DNA of 64,000 bases from Bacteriovoracaceae bacterium. GTDB taxonomy: Bacteria; Bdellovibrionota; Bacteriovoracia; Bacteriovoracales; Bacteriovoracaceae. Each line of letters opens with the position of its first letter. The stretch's first letter is position 1. A program made the position numbers and the translations under genes. Location of the stretch: assembly GCA_048270185.1 (NCBI GenBank), contig JBLWTJ010000001.1, forward strand, positions 736,001-800,000, given 5' to 3'. Below the pieces are notes generated by a model that saw only the letters and a list, made by a program, of their open reading frames with translations, did not search any database and was not told where the DNA came from. Below, piece after piece: positions 47,476 to 57,691 of the stretch.

Positions 47476-50400
47476 ATGAAATTTAAGACAACACTAATCA
47501 CATTCGCATCTTTAATTCTGCTTCTAACTTCATGTATGCAAGCAGCGAATAATCGTAAAAGCGCAAACTCAAATGAAGAGGAACAAGAGTCTTCAGGATT
47601 AATCCTGGATAACCCTACTGCCGCCTCTTGGTATGCAAAAGGTCAATATGTTGAAGGACCACTAACACTAAGTTCAAGTGATACAGAAAATATCTATCTT
47701 GTCGGTGGTGTCGTTAATAATTATCTAGTTGACCAACAAAAAACTAATCAACCATTTTGTCTAATTGCTTCAATAAATAATCTAACGGACCCTATTAACA
47801 AAAGGCCACAAGCAAGGTTCAAAGTTGTTCCAGTTAAGTCGAGCCAGACTCAAGAGACGAGCTTTAGAATAAATCTATCGAATGAAATTGATAACAAAGC
47901 TTTCTGTAGTGGAGATAATATTCAATCCTATGATGGAGCAGGAAATCTTCAAACTTATAGTGCAAATCAAGCGGCTTACAGCCTAAGTACAATTTGTCCA
48001 ACTTGTAACTCAAGTTTTACGACGACGAAATTAAGAATTCATCATTCATCAAATGGTGTAGCAACTAACAATATCATTCCATCAAGCTCAATTAGCTTAA
48101 ATAGCCTATCAATTACAATTAGTGCCACAAGCACTGTCACAGACCCTACTGGTAGCTGTACAAATACTTCTTGTCAGTCACAGGGATATGGTTGTTGCCT
48201 TAATGGTCAATGTGTAATTGACGGAGAAGTAAGACCAGAAACCGATCAGACTAGCTCAGAATATCAGACGGCTCTTGCTGAAATTTTGAATGATGAAAAT
48301 AGTTTTCAAAATTATCCAAATCTATTCTTCGTCTGCCCAATTCACGTTCAACCAGATGATGGCGACGATGATAATACAACTGATCCAATTGATGAAGCAA
48401 ACCAATCTTTACTTAAAGATATCGAAGACTACAAATGCCTACTCGGACAAACAGATCACTGTGATCCAGATGTCGATTCTGTACGTGTAAAAGTATGGCA
48501 GAAATGTGGATGTCAATTTGAGCCAACATATGTAGCAGGAGAATTACAACTTGATTCACGTTGTATTGATTATGGTTTAAAAGCAACAAAAGATGCTAAT
48601 GACAATATTACAAATATTACTTGTGATATTCCCGTAGCAGAAAATGAAGATCAACCTTTCCAGAACCTATCAGTATTAGTTTCAGGAAAGAGTGCCCCAC
48701 ATCGATTCTACTCTCTTTCAGGTACTCCATATGACGATCTATCAGAGATCCCAGAAGGTACTAATCAAGAAGGAGATACATTCTTCTACTTGGATGCAGC
48801 TAATAAAGCGGGCCCTGTTGAATCAACTTATAGTATGAATTCAATTATTGGCCAGATGACGCTAGATCTACAGCAGGCACAACCGGCCAAGGCCATTGAT
48901 ATTGAAGTTGATAATGTCTATATCATCTCAGTAACATCTGGTTATGCAACTCCATGCCCATATTGTCAGCAAGATGCTTGGCAGAAAGTATTTAGTTCTC
49001 ACCCTGAGTCTAACCGAGGTTATGGTCTTACTTGGCGTGGTTACACTACAGATCGTCAAGCAATTGGAAGTAATACAACGTATGGTAACTACGAAGATAC
49101 TATCTTTGGCCGTGCATGTTGGGTTCCTCCTACAATGATCCCTAATGCTCACAAGTCATATCCAAGTGCAGGTGTACAAAGAAGAAATCGTCTTGAGGCC
49201 CAAGCGGCAATGTATGTTAACGGTTATCAAAGAGATTGGTTTGGATTTAATCAAGGTGCTCTTATTGGGTCATTTGATGGAACATCATGGTTTGCCATAG
49301 GTGCTGGAAGAAGAGTGCGTTCAACTACACAAAAGCTATTCTTAGCAATCAACGCTCCTTTTGCCGATCTTTCACAAAATACAAATTACACGGTTTCAGT
49401 TATCGAAGACCTCGGTGGTCAAACAGCCGCTGACTTTGAGTGGGACTTTACAAAAACGGCATCTGATATTACCCAAAACTACGGTGCCAGTTGTCAGTAT
49501 ATGCACTCGTGTGAAACAGATAGCGATTGTGTCTCAAAATTAGGGTGGGAATATACTTGTGGCCAAGTTACAGATATGAGAACTAATTGGCCAAAGTATG
49601 ATATTGAAGCATTCGAGAAGAATAACTATACCAGAGAAGCAGTATCTCTTTCTTCAATTCTAGCAACAAATATTAGTGGTGGCCAAAATAAGCGTTGTGT
49701 TTACCGTGGTGCAGGTGCCCCTTGTAAGCTTAATCCTAACGATAATGTAAAAAAACAATCACAACAAAAGCTTCTAACTTGTGCGCCAAACTTTTATTGT
49801 GCGGCACTTGATTCAGGCAATTTTACAAAAGAGCTAATTCGCTCACCAAATGAACCATCAGGTATACTCTTTGGACAAGCAGCGAATGTTCTAGGTCGAC
49901 CGGCCCAATACATGGATCGTACTTCAAGCCTTCCTATATCTGTGCAAGAAGCTATTGCTACTAACCTATCAGCTTATGCTGCCACAGGAACTTACGGTGC
50001 AGGAGATGTTGGACTTTGTGTTCCTGGTCGTTCTGTAAATGCAACACAAGCAAGCAATACAGATGACGAACAATCTGGAATCGACGCCTTTGTTTCGCGA
50101 CATCAGACAAGAGATCCACTTGAGCGTACAGACTATATTTCTCAAATCGGTATTTGTGATGAAACGCTTTCAGGTATTAATCAAACAAGATCTTGTCCAG
50201 TTTTCGACGATGAAGGAAACTACTTCTATAGTGAGAACTCAGATATCAATATACCGTCAGTGCTACAAAATATGTGTAGTCGTGCCTCAGTTGATGACAG
50301 CACAAATCTATCTGTTTTTAAAACAATTGAGGCCCCAAGACTAAGTGAAGTTCTTCAACTTCATACAGAATCTCTTGCGGCCAATGCTTGTTTAAGAAGA

Positions 50401-52491
50401 GCAGGATCTATTTGTCACACGAATTTAGACTGTGGACCAAATAGACTACATGCTGATATCGCAAGAGGTCTCTCACCTGCAAGCTTTGGTGGAACGATGG
50501 CCGAGCAACAATTCTGGGAAGAGGAACTTGTTTGTGGACAATCTAAAGAAGAGCCACTTCTTAATACGATACTTGCAGCAGATTATTATAATTACGACAT
50601 GTCAAAGAACCTTTGTTGTCGCGAAATATCGAAAGACTTTACAATGTATACAGCAGTTGGTTCAAGCACGACTCTTCCGGGTTATAATGTTCAAAACGAA
50701 ACACTTGATGCTTCGATAAATAATGCTGAAGAAGCTGGGCGCTATTCACGCTATCTAGCTTCTAAAACTTTTAGCACTTCATCTGTTTCTATGTCAGTTG
50801 ATGAAAATGCCGTACCATCGGCAAACCAGGCCCTCGTAATTAACGAAACAGGCCGCTCAAATTGTTGTGGTGGTGGTTTCATCAGAAAGTTTGAAGACGG
50901 AACAAATAATTGGACAAGTGGAGGACGCCTAAGTATTTCTCCATCTAATCTTGCCTGTATGAATTATTCAATGAAGTCATGGCAAGAACCAATTACAGTA
51001 GATGGACGTTCAAATTGGCTAATGGAATACTCGTATATGAGTGCAATTGGCGGCTACCGAAACTATAGCTCTGGTGGACAACCATTTGTATGGCTTAAGG
51101 CCGGTGACCCAATTGGAAGTATTCAGGCCAATATTGATGAGGAGTCAATAGATCCACCACAAGTGATTAATACGACCAATCCAATTGGAGGACGTATCAG
51201 CCTCTACCCTGCTGATGAATCAGGGACACTATTTAATACAAAGATTGCATATGGTATCTATCAAGAGACAGGTACTAATGATACATATAATGCACCTTAC
51301 TCACCGGTTATTCTAAAACCAAATAGATTTAATAACCCAATTGCTCCGGCCCTTGGGCGAGACGACCTCGATCAAAGAACATTGGCCATCTATATACCAG
51401 AGTATATTGATACTGCTTCAATTCTTGCTAATGATGAAGTTGTTCTAAACTATATTACAGATGCTGATGCTACTGATTTCTCAGGTCTTGCCGACTTAAC
51501 AATTCAAACAGCAGACTTTGTCTACTCTGATTGTTCAGGATCTAGCCTATCTTCAATCAGTACAACACTAGGTTCAGCTAGTACAGAGCCTGTTTACTGT
51601 ATCCTAGAAGAAAATGGCTTTAAGTATATGCTCTTTAGTGTCATAAATTATACTTCTACAAATCCTACTTTTGAGCTTGGTTGGCCATCATTTACTTTTA
51701 ATATTAAAGATGATGCATTTGGAACGAAACCAGGTGGACAGAAGTATTACGAAAGAATCATGGAAAAGTATGAACTTCTAGGTGTCCCACAAGTAACTTA
51801 TGAAGCCATTCGCTGTAATGATCAAAAATATGATCCTGCACAAACTACAACTAATATTGGACGTCTTGTAGACGGAATCTATAATAGCGTAACAGACCCA
51901 TTCCAAACAGACTCAATTGGAGGCGGTGCCCTATCTATCGATTCAAAAGTTCATTATAAGACAGATGGGTCGACAATATCTCTACCACAGATCTTCTCTG
52001 CCGATGAATTTAAGTGTTGTTCAAAACTTGGAACAAATGTAACTGATCCAGGATCAATGTGTTGTTCAGGTTTTGGTGTCCTCAATGCTGATAATACTTA
52101 CGAGTGTCGTTTACCTAGTGGAACAGACCTCAATACTTACTTAAACCTATTTATCTCTTCAGAGGGAATTGTAACAGATAATGTAGACCTTTCACTAAAT
52201 CCGGAGACTGATTATGTTCAAGCAACAGGCTTCCCAGATATAGAAGAAGACGATGTCGTTACAAAAATTACTCAAATAGGTATTAGATTCTGTCAGCAGG
52301 GTACGGTAAGAAATGGTGCGGCTTTTGATAAGTACTACCCACAACCAGCAGCAGGTTATTTTACAGACGATGACCAGCTTACACAGTACAATTCGATAGT
52401 TGATTCAATGGACGACTTGACGGCCACTGATAGCAATTACACAAGCTTTATCTCAGGGTTCCGTTGGAATAGCCATATCTATTGTGACTAG
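47476..52491 (+). CDS. Giant Cys-rich lipoprotein with a putative LecA/PA-IL-like lectin segment
   Basis: Lipobox LLLTSC; many Cys including CC pairs, CETDSDC and CHTNLDC; GALIG...WFAIG...LFLAIN motif. Confidence 0.75.
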   Translation: MKFKTTLITFASLILLLTSCMQAANNRKSANSNEEEQESSGLILDNPTAASWYAKGQYVEGPLTLSSSDTENIYLVGGVVNNYLVDQQKTNQPFCLIASINNLTDPINKRPQARFKVVPVKSSQTQETSFRINLSNEIDNKAFCSGDNIQSYDGAGNLQTYSANQAAYSLSTICPTCNSSFTTTKLRIHHSSNGVATNNIIPSSSISLNSLSITISATSTVTDPTGSCTNTSCQSQGYGCCLNGQCVIDGEVRPETDQTSSEYQTALAEILNDENSFQNYPNLFFVCPIHVQPDDGDDDNTTDPIDEANQSLLKDIEDYKCLLGQTDHCDPDVDSVRVKVWQKCGCQFEPTYVAGELQLDSRCIDYGLKATKDANDNITNITCDIPVAENEDQPFQNLSVLVSGKSAPHRFYSLSGTPYDDLSEIPEGTNQEGDTFFYLDAANKAGPVESTYSMNSIIGQMTLDLQQAQPAKAIDIEVDNVYIISVTSGYATPCPYCQQDAWQKVFSSHPESNRGYGLTWRGYTTDRQAIGSNTTYGNYEDTIFGRACWVPPTMIPNAHKSYPSAGVQRRNRLEAQAAMYVNGYQRDWFGFNQGALIGSFDGTSWFAIGAGRRVRSTTQKLFLAINAPFADLSQNTNYTVSVIEDLGGQTAADFEWDFTKTASDITQNYGASCQYMHSCETDSDCVSKLGWEYTCGQVTDMRTNWPKYDIEAFEKNNYTREAVSLSSILATNISGGQNKRCVYRGAGAPCKLNPNDNVKKQSQQKLLTCAPNFYCAALDSGNFTKELIRSPNEPSGILFGQAANVLGRPAQYMDRTSSLPISVQEAIATNLSAYAATGTYGAGDVGLCVPGRSVNATQASNTDDEQSGIDAFVSRHQTRDPLERTDYISQIGICDETLSGINQTRSCPVFDDEGNYFYSENSDINIPSVLQNMCSRASVDDSTNLSVFKTIEAPRLSEVLQLHTESLAANACLRRAGSICHTNLDCGPNRLHADIARGLSPASFGGTMAEQQFWEEELVCGQSKEEPLLNTILAADYYNYDMSKNLCCREISKDFTMYTAVGSSTTLPGYNVQNETLDASINNAEEAGRYSRYLASKTFSTSSVSMSVDENAVPSANQALVINETGRSNCCGGGFIRKFEDGTNNWTSGGRLSISPSNLACMNYSMKSWQEPITVDGRSNWLMEYSYMSAIGGYRNYSSGGQPFVWLKAGDPIGSIQANIDEESIDPPQVINTTNPIGGRISLYPADESGTLFNTKIAYGIYQETGTNDTYNAPYSPVILKPNRFNNPIAPALGRDDLDQRTLAIYIPEYIDTASILANDEVVLNYITDADATDFSGLADLTIQTADFVYSDCSGSSLSSISTTLGSASTEPVYCILEENGFKYMLFSVINYTSTNPTFELGWPSFTFNIKDDAFGTKPGGQKYYERIMEKYELLGVPQVTYEAIRCNDQKYDPAQTTTNIGRLVDGIYNSVTDPFQTDSIGGGALSIDSKVHYKTDGSTISLPQIFSADEFKCCSKLGTNVTDPGSMCCSGFGVLNADNTYECRLPSGTDLNTYLNLFISSEGIVTDNVDLSLNPETDYVQATGFPDIEEDDVVTKITQIGIRFCQQGTVRNGAAFDKYYPQPAAGYFTDDDQLTQYNSIVDSMDDLTATDSNYTSFISGFRWNSHIYCD

Positions 52492-52570
52492 TAATAAGAC
52501 ACTGTCTAATAACTGAACACCCTCTATCTTTTTTACAATGATTTTTTAAGTAGTTAGCACTTGCCTCTTT

Positions 52571-52586
52571 TGGCATCCCTCTTGCT
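52571..52586 (+). promoter_or_regulatory. sigma54 -24/-12 promoter
   Basis: TGGCAT-CCCTC-TTGCT. Confidence 0.75.
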
Positions 52587-52629
52587 TTATATATTGCATA
52601 TAAGTTTTAAAGCACACACAGAGGGTATT

Positions 52630-53685
52630 ATGAAAAACCAAAATCTTTCTAAAATTCTAACTATCGCAATTTTCACAGGAATTGTTCCACTTTCATCTTA
52701 TGCAAATATCTGTAAGATCATTGAAGCTAAGTTTGAAAGAACTGAATATAAGAAGATCAGCGACTTTGATGATGACTTTAAAGAAAGGTATGAAAAATAC
52801 AAGAAACGTTGTGACTTAGATAAGTATGCTAAAGCTGAAAAAGAATACCAAAAGAAAGTGAAAGAACAAAAAGCTGATGCAAAAGAACGAGAAGATCTAA
52901 AGAAAGATCGTGAGACTTTTAAGCTAACAAAAGAAGAAATTAGAGACTACTACGACAACTCTCCTATTATCGCTTACCGTGGAGTTTTAAGATATAGCAC
53001 TTACAATGGAAAAAAGAATATTTATCTACAAAAAGCCTCTGATGCTAATGCTGTTTGTAAGAATCTTCTTGACGACAAAAATGCAATGGCAAAGAGTGCG
53101 ACAATCACATTTGCAGAAAAAGAGCACTTTACAGATACAAATACAGTAGAAATGTCAGACGTACTTGAGCAAAATTATGATGGAGACTCTTCACTTGGTT
53201 TTACAATTGAGAATAAAGGATTCTTCAGCTCATCTGAAGATGTCGTGGCAGGTACTGTTGTAAAGAAGTTTGAAACAGATAGAAAGAAGAGACTTGAGTT
53301 CTTAGCTGATCTACAGATTAGACAAGCTTCAGGAAGGCCATCAACTTTTATTGGAGATATTAGAGCACTTGAGTTTACTGATATTGAATGTGTTGTAAAT
53401 CCAGTAAATAAGAAAGATGATCTTGAAGATATTAAAACTAAATTAACTGTTAAAACAAAGGTTAATGAATTGATTGTTGACGGGGAAAAAGAAGAACAAA
53501 AAATTGCAATTAATTTTGATGACCAAGAACTAAGAAACTTTACAAAGCAAAAAGGTGTAAAAGACGACTCAAATGACAGAACAGTGAATGACACTAATCG
53601 TGGCGGAGCAAGCTCAAGTGACTACACGACTGACGATATTATCGATGACATCATGAACGGTGGCTCAAGATCATTTGGACAATAA
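52630..53685 (+). CDS. Secreted hypothetical protein
   Basis: ATG 52630 with GAGGG SD; signal peptide MKNQNLSKILTIAIFTGIVPLSSYA. Confidence 0.75.
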   Translation: MKNQNLSKILTIAIFTGIVPLSSYANICKIIEAKFERTEYKKISDFDDDFKERYEKYKKRCDLDKYAKAEKEYQKKVKEQKADAKEREDLKKDRETFKLTKEEIRDYYDNSPIIAYRGVLRYSTYNGKKNIYLQKASDANAVCKNLLDDKNAMAKSATITFAEKEHFTDTNTVEMSDVLEQNYDGDSSLGFTIENKGFFSSSEDVVAGTVVKKFETDRKKRLEFLADLQIRQASGRPSTFIGDIRALEFTDIECVVNPVNKKDDLEDIKTKLTVKTKVNELIVDGEKEEQKIAINFDDQELRNFTKQKGVKDDSNDRTVNDTNRGGASSSDYTTDDIIDDIMNGGSRSFGQ

Positions 53686-53707
53686 GAACGAATAAATATA
53701 GATATCG

Positions 53708-53734
53708 GGCCTGCTACTGCAGGCCTTTTTTTTT
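53708..53734 (+). terminator. Intrinsic terminator
   Basis: GGCCTGC-TACT-GCAGGCC followed by T9. Confidence 0.88.
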
Positions 53735-53767
53735 GACCCTAAAAACAAATCCAAGTAGAATTAATAT

Positions 53768-54520
53768 ATGAATAAATACTTGCTCGCCGTAGGGCTCACT
53801 CTCCTATTTAGCACTTCGATATATGCTCAAACTGATGACGCTGCTGAAGTCATTGAAGAAGTAAAATTTCAACCTCATATGATTGAGCATCTCAACAAAG
53901 GCTGTCCAGAGAACTCTAGTTGTACGAAAGAAGTCGGAGAAATATCGGAAAAGTTTAAAGCAGCATTTAAAACAAATAAAACATCTCAATTCGTCAAAAG
54001 CTACGGGGTTCCATTTAGCTTTTGGACAACAAGGCCAAAAGAGAAAAATACCATAATCTATCAATCACGCTGTAATAACCACAGACCTCAAAAGGATAAG
54101 TTTGGTAAAACTGTTATTGATCGTCCTAATATATATGAGGGAATTAGATTTATAAAGAATACGCAAGATTTATTAGCTGATAAAGATATTCTACCTAATG
54201 TAATGCTTAGAGATAAGAGTAATAAACTTGAAATAATCCCAAGGGCAGCTCTTCCTGCTTTTACAAGTGGAAATCAAAGTTTTTTCAGACAATCATATCG
54301 TGATAATGACTTTCAGCTTGTTATTTCAAATGGAAAGCTTGATCTAACTCAGAGAAAATTTCCTGATGTCGAAATTAAGAATGTTCAATGCTCCAAAGAG
54401 CTTATTGAAAAATTTAAAAGTTTAAGTAGTACACAATTATATCAAAGTGCTTACTGTAAGAGTATCTATGATACAAAGAGCAAGAAGTATCAACGCTTCA
54501 TCTTTGGCTGGAGCTGCTAA
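53768..54520 (+). CDS. Secreted hypothetical protein
   Basis: Signal peptide; GCPENSSC motif; C-terminal GWSC. Confidence 0.75.
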   Translation: MNKYLLAVGLTLLFSTSIYAQTDDAAEVIEEVKFQPHMIEHLNKGCPENSSCTKEVGEISEKFKAAFKTNKTSQFVKSYGVPFSFWTTRPKEKNTIIYQSRCNNHRPQKDKFGKTVIDRPNIYEGIRFIKNTQDLLADKDILPNVMLRDKSNKLEIIPRAALPAFTSGNQSFFRQSYRDNDFQLVISNGKLDLTQRKFPDVEIKNVQCSKELIEKFKSLSSTQLYQSAYCKSIYDTKSKKYQRFIFGWSC

Positions 54521-55441
54521 TTGAGATCAAATGAGTTAGAAATTTGTGTCTATAACCTCGAAAACCTTTTTATTAAAGAGGCCTTTTATCACCCACCAAA
54601 TATTAATTACTTCAAGTCTAAGATCAATCTTAATCTACTTAAGCGTGTCTTTGATGAAATCAATGCAGATATCTATGCACTAACGGAAATCGGAGAAATT
54701 GAAAGCCTTGAATACTTCAATGAAAATTACCTTGAAAGTCGATATGAAATCTATCACGCCAAGGGAAATAGTGACCGTGGTATCGAAAACGCATTCTTAG
54801 TAAGAAAAGGTTTAACGATTAAATGTGAGCACTATACTCATACTCAAAGAGAAATTGACTTTCAGCTGCATCACGAGGACGATCAAGCCTATTTTCTAAG
54901 TCGTGACTTTTCCCATCTTAGGCTCTTTAATCAGCAGGGAGTGCACGTCCTAAGTCTTCTCAATGTTCACTTAAAATCGCAACGTGATGATGATACAGGC
55001 CACGACTTCCGATCAGTTCGTCGACGTGGGGCCGAGCTAAATCTTCTTATGGATATCTATAAGGAAGAACTTGGGAAGTTTCCTGATACTCCAATTATTC
55101 TATGTGGTGACTTCAACGGCAATGCTACTCTTGAAAAGACCGACGATGAATTTAAAAGAATTTACGAAGAAACAAGTTTAAAAGACGTGCTCTACCTCAA
55201 GGGCCTACCAACAGAGTATCGCACGACATTTTATCAATTTGCAGGCCAAGCGGCCCATCCTTTACAGCTTGATTACTGCTTTATAGATGAGCGCTTTGCA
55301 TCTCAATTAATCGATGCGGCCGTCTATCGTTATAAGAACTCCACCGGTAAGGTGTTGGGAGCACCGCGCAAGCGCTCTGATATTTGGAATAATCCATCGG
55401 ATCACTACCCAGTCTATGCTCTCTTACGCATTAATAATTAG
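54521..55441 (+). CDS. Endonuclease/exonuclease/phosphatase family protein
   Basis: YNLENLF, ALTE, VHLKS, CGDFN, LDY, SDHYPV. Confidence 0.9.
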   Translation: MRSNELEICVYNLENLFIKEAFYHPPNINYFKSKINLNLLKRVFDEINADIYALTEIGEIESLEYFNENYLESRYEIYHAKGNSDRGIENAFLVRKGLTIKCEHYTHTQREIDFQLHHEDDQAYFLSRDFSHLRLFNQQGVHVLSLLNVHLKSQRDDDTGHDFRSVRRRGAELNLLMDIYKEELGKFPDTPIILCGDFNGNATLEKTDDEFKRIYEETSLKDVLYLKGLPTEYRTTFYQFAGQAAHPLQLDYCFIDERFASQLIDAAVYRYKNSTGKVLGAPRKRSDIWNNPSDHYPVYALLRINN

Positions 55442-55504
55442 TAGCTTAGGGGTCTTTGCTGCGATGCAATTGCAAGTATGAATAAGATCATTTAAAAATT
55501 CTCC

Positions 55505-56788
55505 ATGCATCAAATTCAACGCCTGATAATTCTATCTTTATTTGTTCTTCCAACTCTAGCAAAGACAGTTGTTGCTATTAGTGACAACCAAATTGATACC
55601 AATCATATTGATTTGAGAGAGCACCTTTATACAAATATTTCTGAATATAAGAATGGAAGAGACAGTGATGGAAATGGAAAAATTGATGACCTTCATGGTT
55701 GGAGCTTTGTTCACGATGAAGCCTTTATCTTTGATGATTCTTTGTTAAATTCTTTTGATCCACGAGTATATGAATACTATGAAATCAGAAAGAAGAAGAC
55801 TCTAAAGACAGCAAGCGAAGAAGAGCTTAAGTGGTACAGCGATATTAGAAAAGACGATAAGTTCATGGATAGTCGCAGTGACTTTTCATCGTATACTCAC
55901 GGGTCACACGTAACTTGTATTGCCATGGAAACTCAGAAGATTCCAAGAGAAATGACTAGAAATGATCTTCAATTTCTTCCAATCAGATATTTGGGAGATG
56001 ATGCAAAAGGCCTCTTCAAAAAGACCGAATACAAGGCCAGTAATAAAAAATATCAAACAGGCAAAATTAATCATATCAGAAAATATATGCGCAACTATGA
56101 AAATTGGATGATCGAAAAGTTCAAAACAACAGTTGAGTACTCATCAAAAACGGCCAGAATTTATCATGCATCTTGGGGGCAAAGCTGGGAGCCTAGCTAT
56201 AATATGATCAACGAATTATTCCAAGAAGAGTTTAACTTAAAAGAAAAAGAAGTTGATGCAAAATTCAAAATTCAAATCGAAAATATGCGTAAACAATTTA
56301 TGCTAAATATTATCCGTAAAGGAAAACTAGTCATCCAACGATATCCGCAAATGCTCTTTGTTTTTTCAGCAGGAAATAAGAAAGATAATACAGATGAAGC
56401 ACTTCACTACCCATCTTCAATTGTTGCGGATAATGTAATCTCAGTTGGAGCTATTGATGAGCACGAAAAAGAAAAAGCCTACTTCTCTAATTTTGGAAAA
56501 GAAACAGTAACAATATTTGCTCCAGGTGTTGCTATAAATTCTTGCTCACCAGGAGATCGCTACATACCTATTAATGGAACATCTCAGGCGGCTCCTCATA
56601 TAACGAATACGGCCGCTATTATTTTCTCGATGGCCGACTATTACGCCAAGGCAATCACTCCAGCTCAGGTTAAAAGGATACTCATTAACTCAGGTACTAA
56701 ATTAGAAAGCTTAAAGGATTATTCTCAAAGTTCAGCTAAGCTTAATAAAACACGTGCAATTGAGCTAGCTCGCAAAATTCTACGCTAA
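55505..56788 (+). CDS. Secreted S8 subtilase-family serine protease
   Basis: VVAISD, DSDGNGKIDDLHGWSF, HGSHV, SAGN, NGTSQAAP. Confidence 0.88.
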   Translation: MHQIQRLIILSLFVLPTLAKTVVAISDNQIDTNHIDLREHLYTNISEYKNGRDSDGNGKIDDLHGWSFVHDEAFIFDDSLLNSFDPRVYEYYEIRKKKTLKTASEEELKWYSDIRKDDKFMDSRSDFSSYTHGSHVTCIAMETQKIPREMTRNDLQFLPIRYLGDDAKGLFKKTEYKASNKKYQTGKINHIRKYMRNYENWMIEKFKTTVEYSSKTARIYHASWGQSWEPSYNMINELFQEEFNLKEKEVDAKFKIQIENMRKQFMLNIIRKGKLVIQRYPQMLFVFSAGNKKDNTDEALHYPSSIVADNVISVGAIDEHEKEKAYFSNFGKETVTIFAPGVAINSCSPGDRYIPINGTSQAAPHITNTAAIIFSMADYYAKAITPAQVKRILINSGTKLESLKDYSQSSAKLNKTRAIELARKILR

Positions 56789-56795
56789 TTTTGGC

Positions 56796-56822
56796 TAAAA
56801 CTCTGTGTCTATCTGACGATAA
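56796..56822 (+). promoter_or_regulatory. sigma28 promoter
   Basis: TAAA-N15-GACGATAA. Confidence 0.65.
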
Positions 56823-56844
56823 GAATAGATAAGAGGTATTAGCT

Positions 56845-57612
56845 ATGAAGAAATTAACAACACTATTTTTCCTTATTTCACTAACGAGCTGTTCAAGCTT
56901 TAACCCAAGTAAGGACCCTATTGAGCAAAAACTTTCAGAATTTGAAGATCGTTCAAATAGTGAAGTTAATCCGATACCTCCTTTTAAGATAAGACATTTT
57001 GACAAGAAAAGTCGAGGTCCTGCCAGTGCAAGTGAGGCTGAGGTAACAAGAGATATCTCCAAGCTCAATAATAAGAAAGTTTACTTTCTTTCTCTCTATG
57101 AGCAGTACTTAACTTTCTCATCTTTATACCCAAGTTTTAAAAAAGAGATTAAAACTTGCGCCTACTTCCATCAGGAAGTTGTTAGCTACAAAGACAAGGC
57201 CAAGAACTGGGAGTATGAATTAAGAGAAGAAATTAGTGATGATATCGATAATATCGTTTGGCACTTACCTTATGAAGGTAAACGTGCAACGAAAGAAACA
57301 CTTCCACTTGCTATGAAAGAACATATGGACCGTACTTATACTGAACTTTCTAACCTTTGCTATAACGGTTTCTCTGATAATTACTATGTCTTTGAAAATT
57401 ACATAACACTGGCAAAAGATAAGAAAGTTGCGGCAGGAACACAAGAAGGTGCAAATTCACTAATTAAGAACTCTATTGTTTTCAATAAAGTACTTATTGA
57501 TAATCTTTCAAAGAAAAAGAAAGTACCTGTTGGACGTGGAATAGCATCAAAAGTACAAGAAATTGAATACACGGATATTTCGTTTCGTCGACTACAAGCA
57601 CTTTGGTTTTAA
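56845..57612 (+). CDS. Hypothetical lipoprotein
   Basis: Lipobox LTSC; GAGG SD. Confidence 0.75.
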   Translation: MKKLTTLFFLISLTSCSSFNPSKDPIEQKLSEFEDRSNSEVNPIPPFKIRHFDKKSRGPASASEAEVTRDISKLNNKKVYFLSLYEQYLTFSSLYPSFKKEIKTCAYFHQEVVSYKDKAKNWEYELREEISDDIDNIVWHLPYEGKRATKETLPLAMKEHMDRTYTELSNLCYNGFSDNYYVFENYITLAKDKKVAAGTQEGANSLIKNSIVFNKVLIDNLSKKKKVPVGRGIASKVQEIEYTDISFRRLQALWF

Positions 57613-57691
57613 TTAGCATTAAGCTAAATTAATATTTCTTAAGTACTTCCTACTCTATCTTTTAAAAGGTTGTTGGACCTATGATTAATCT

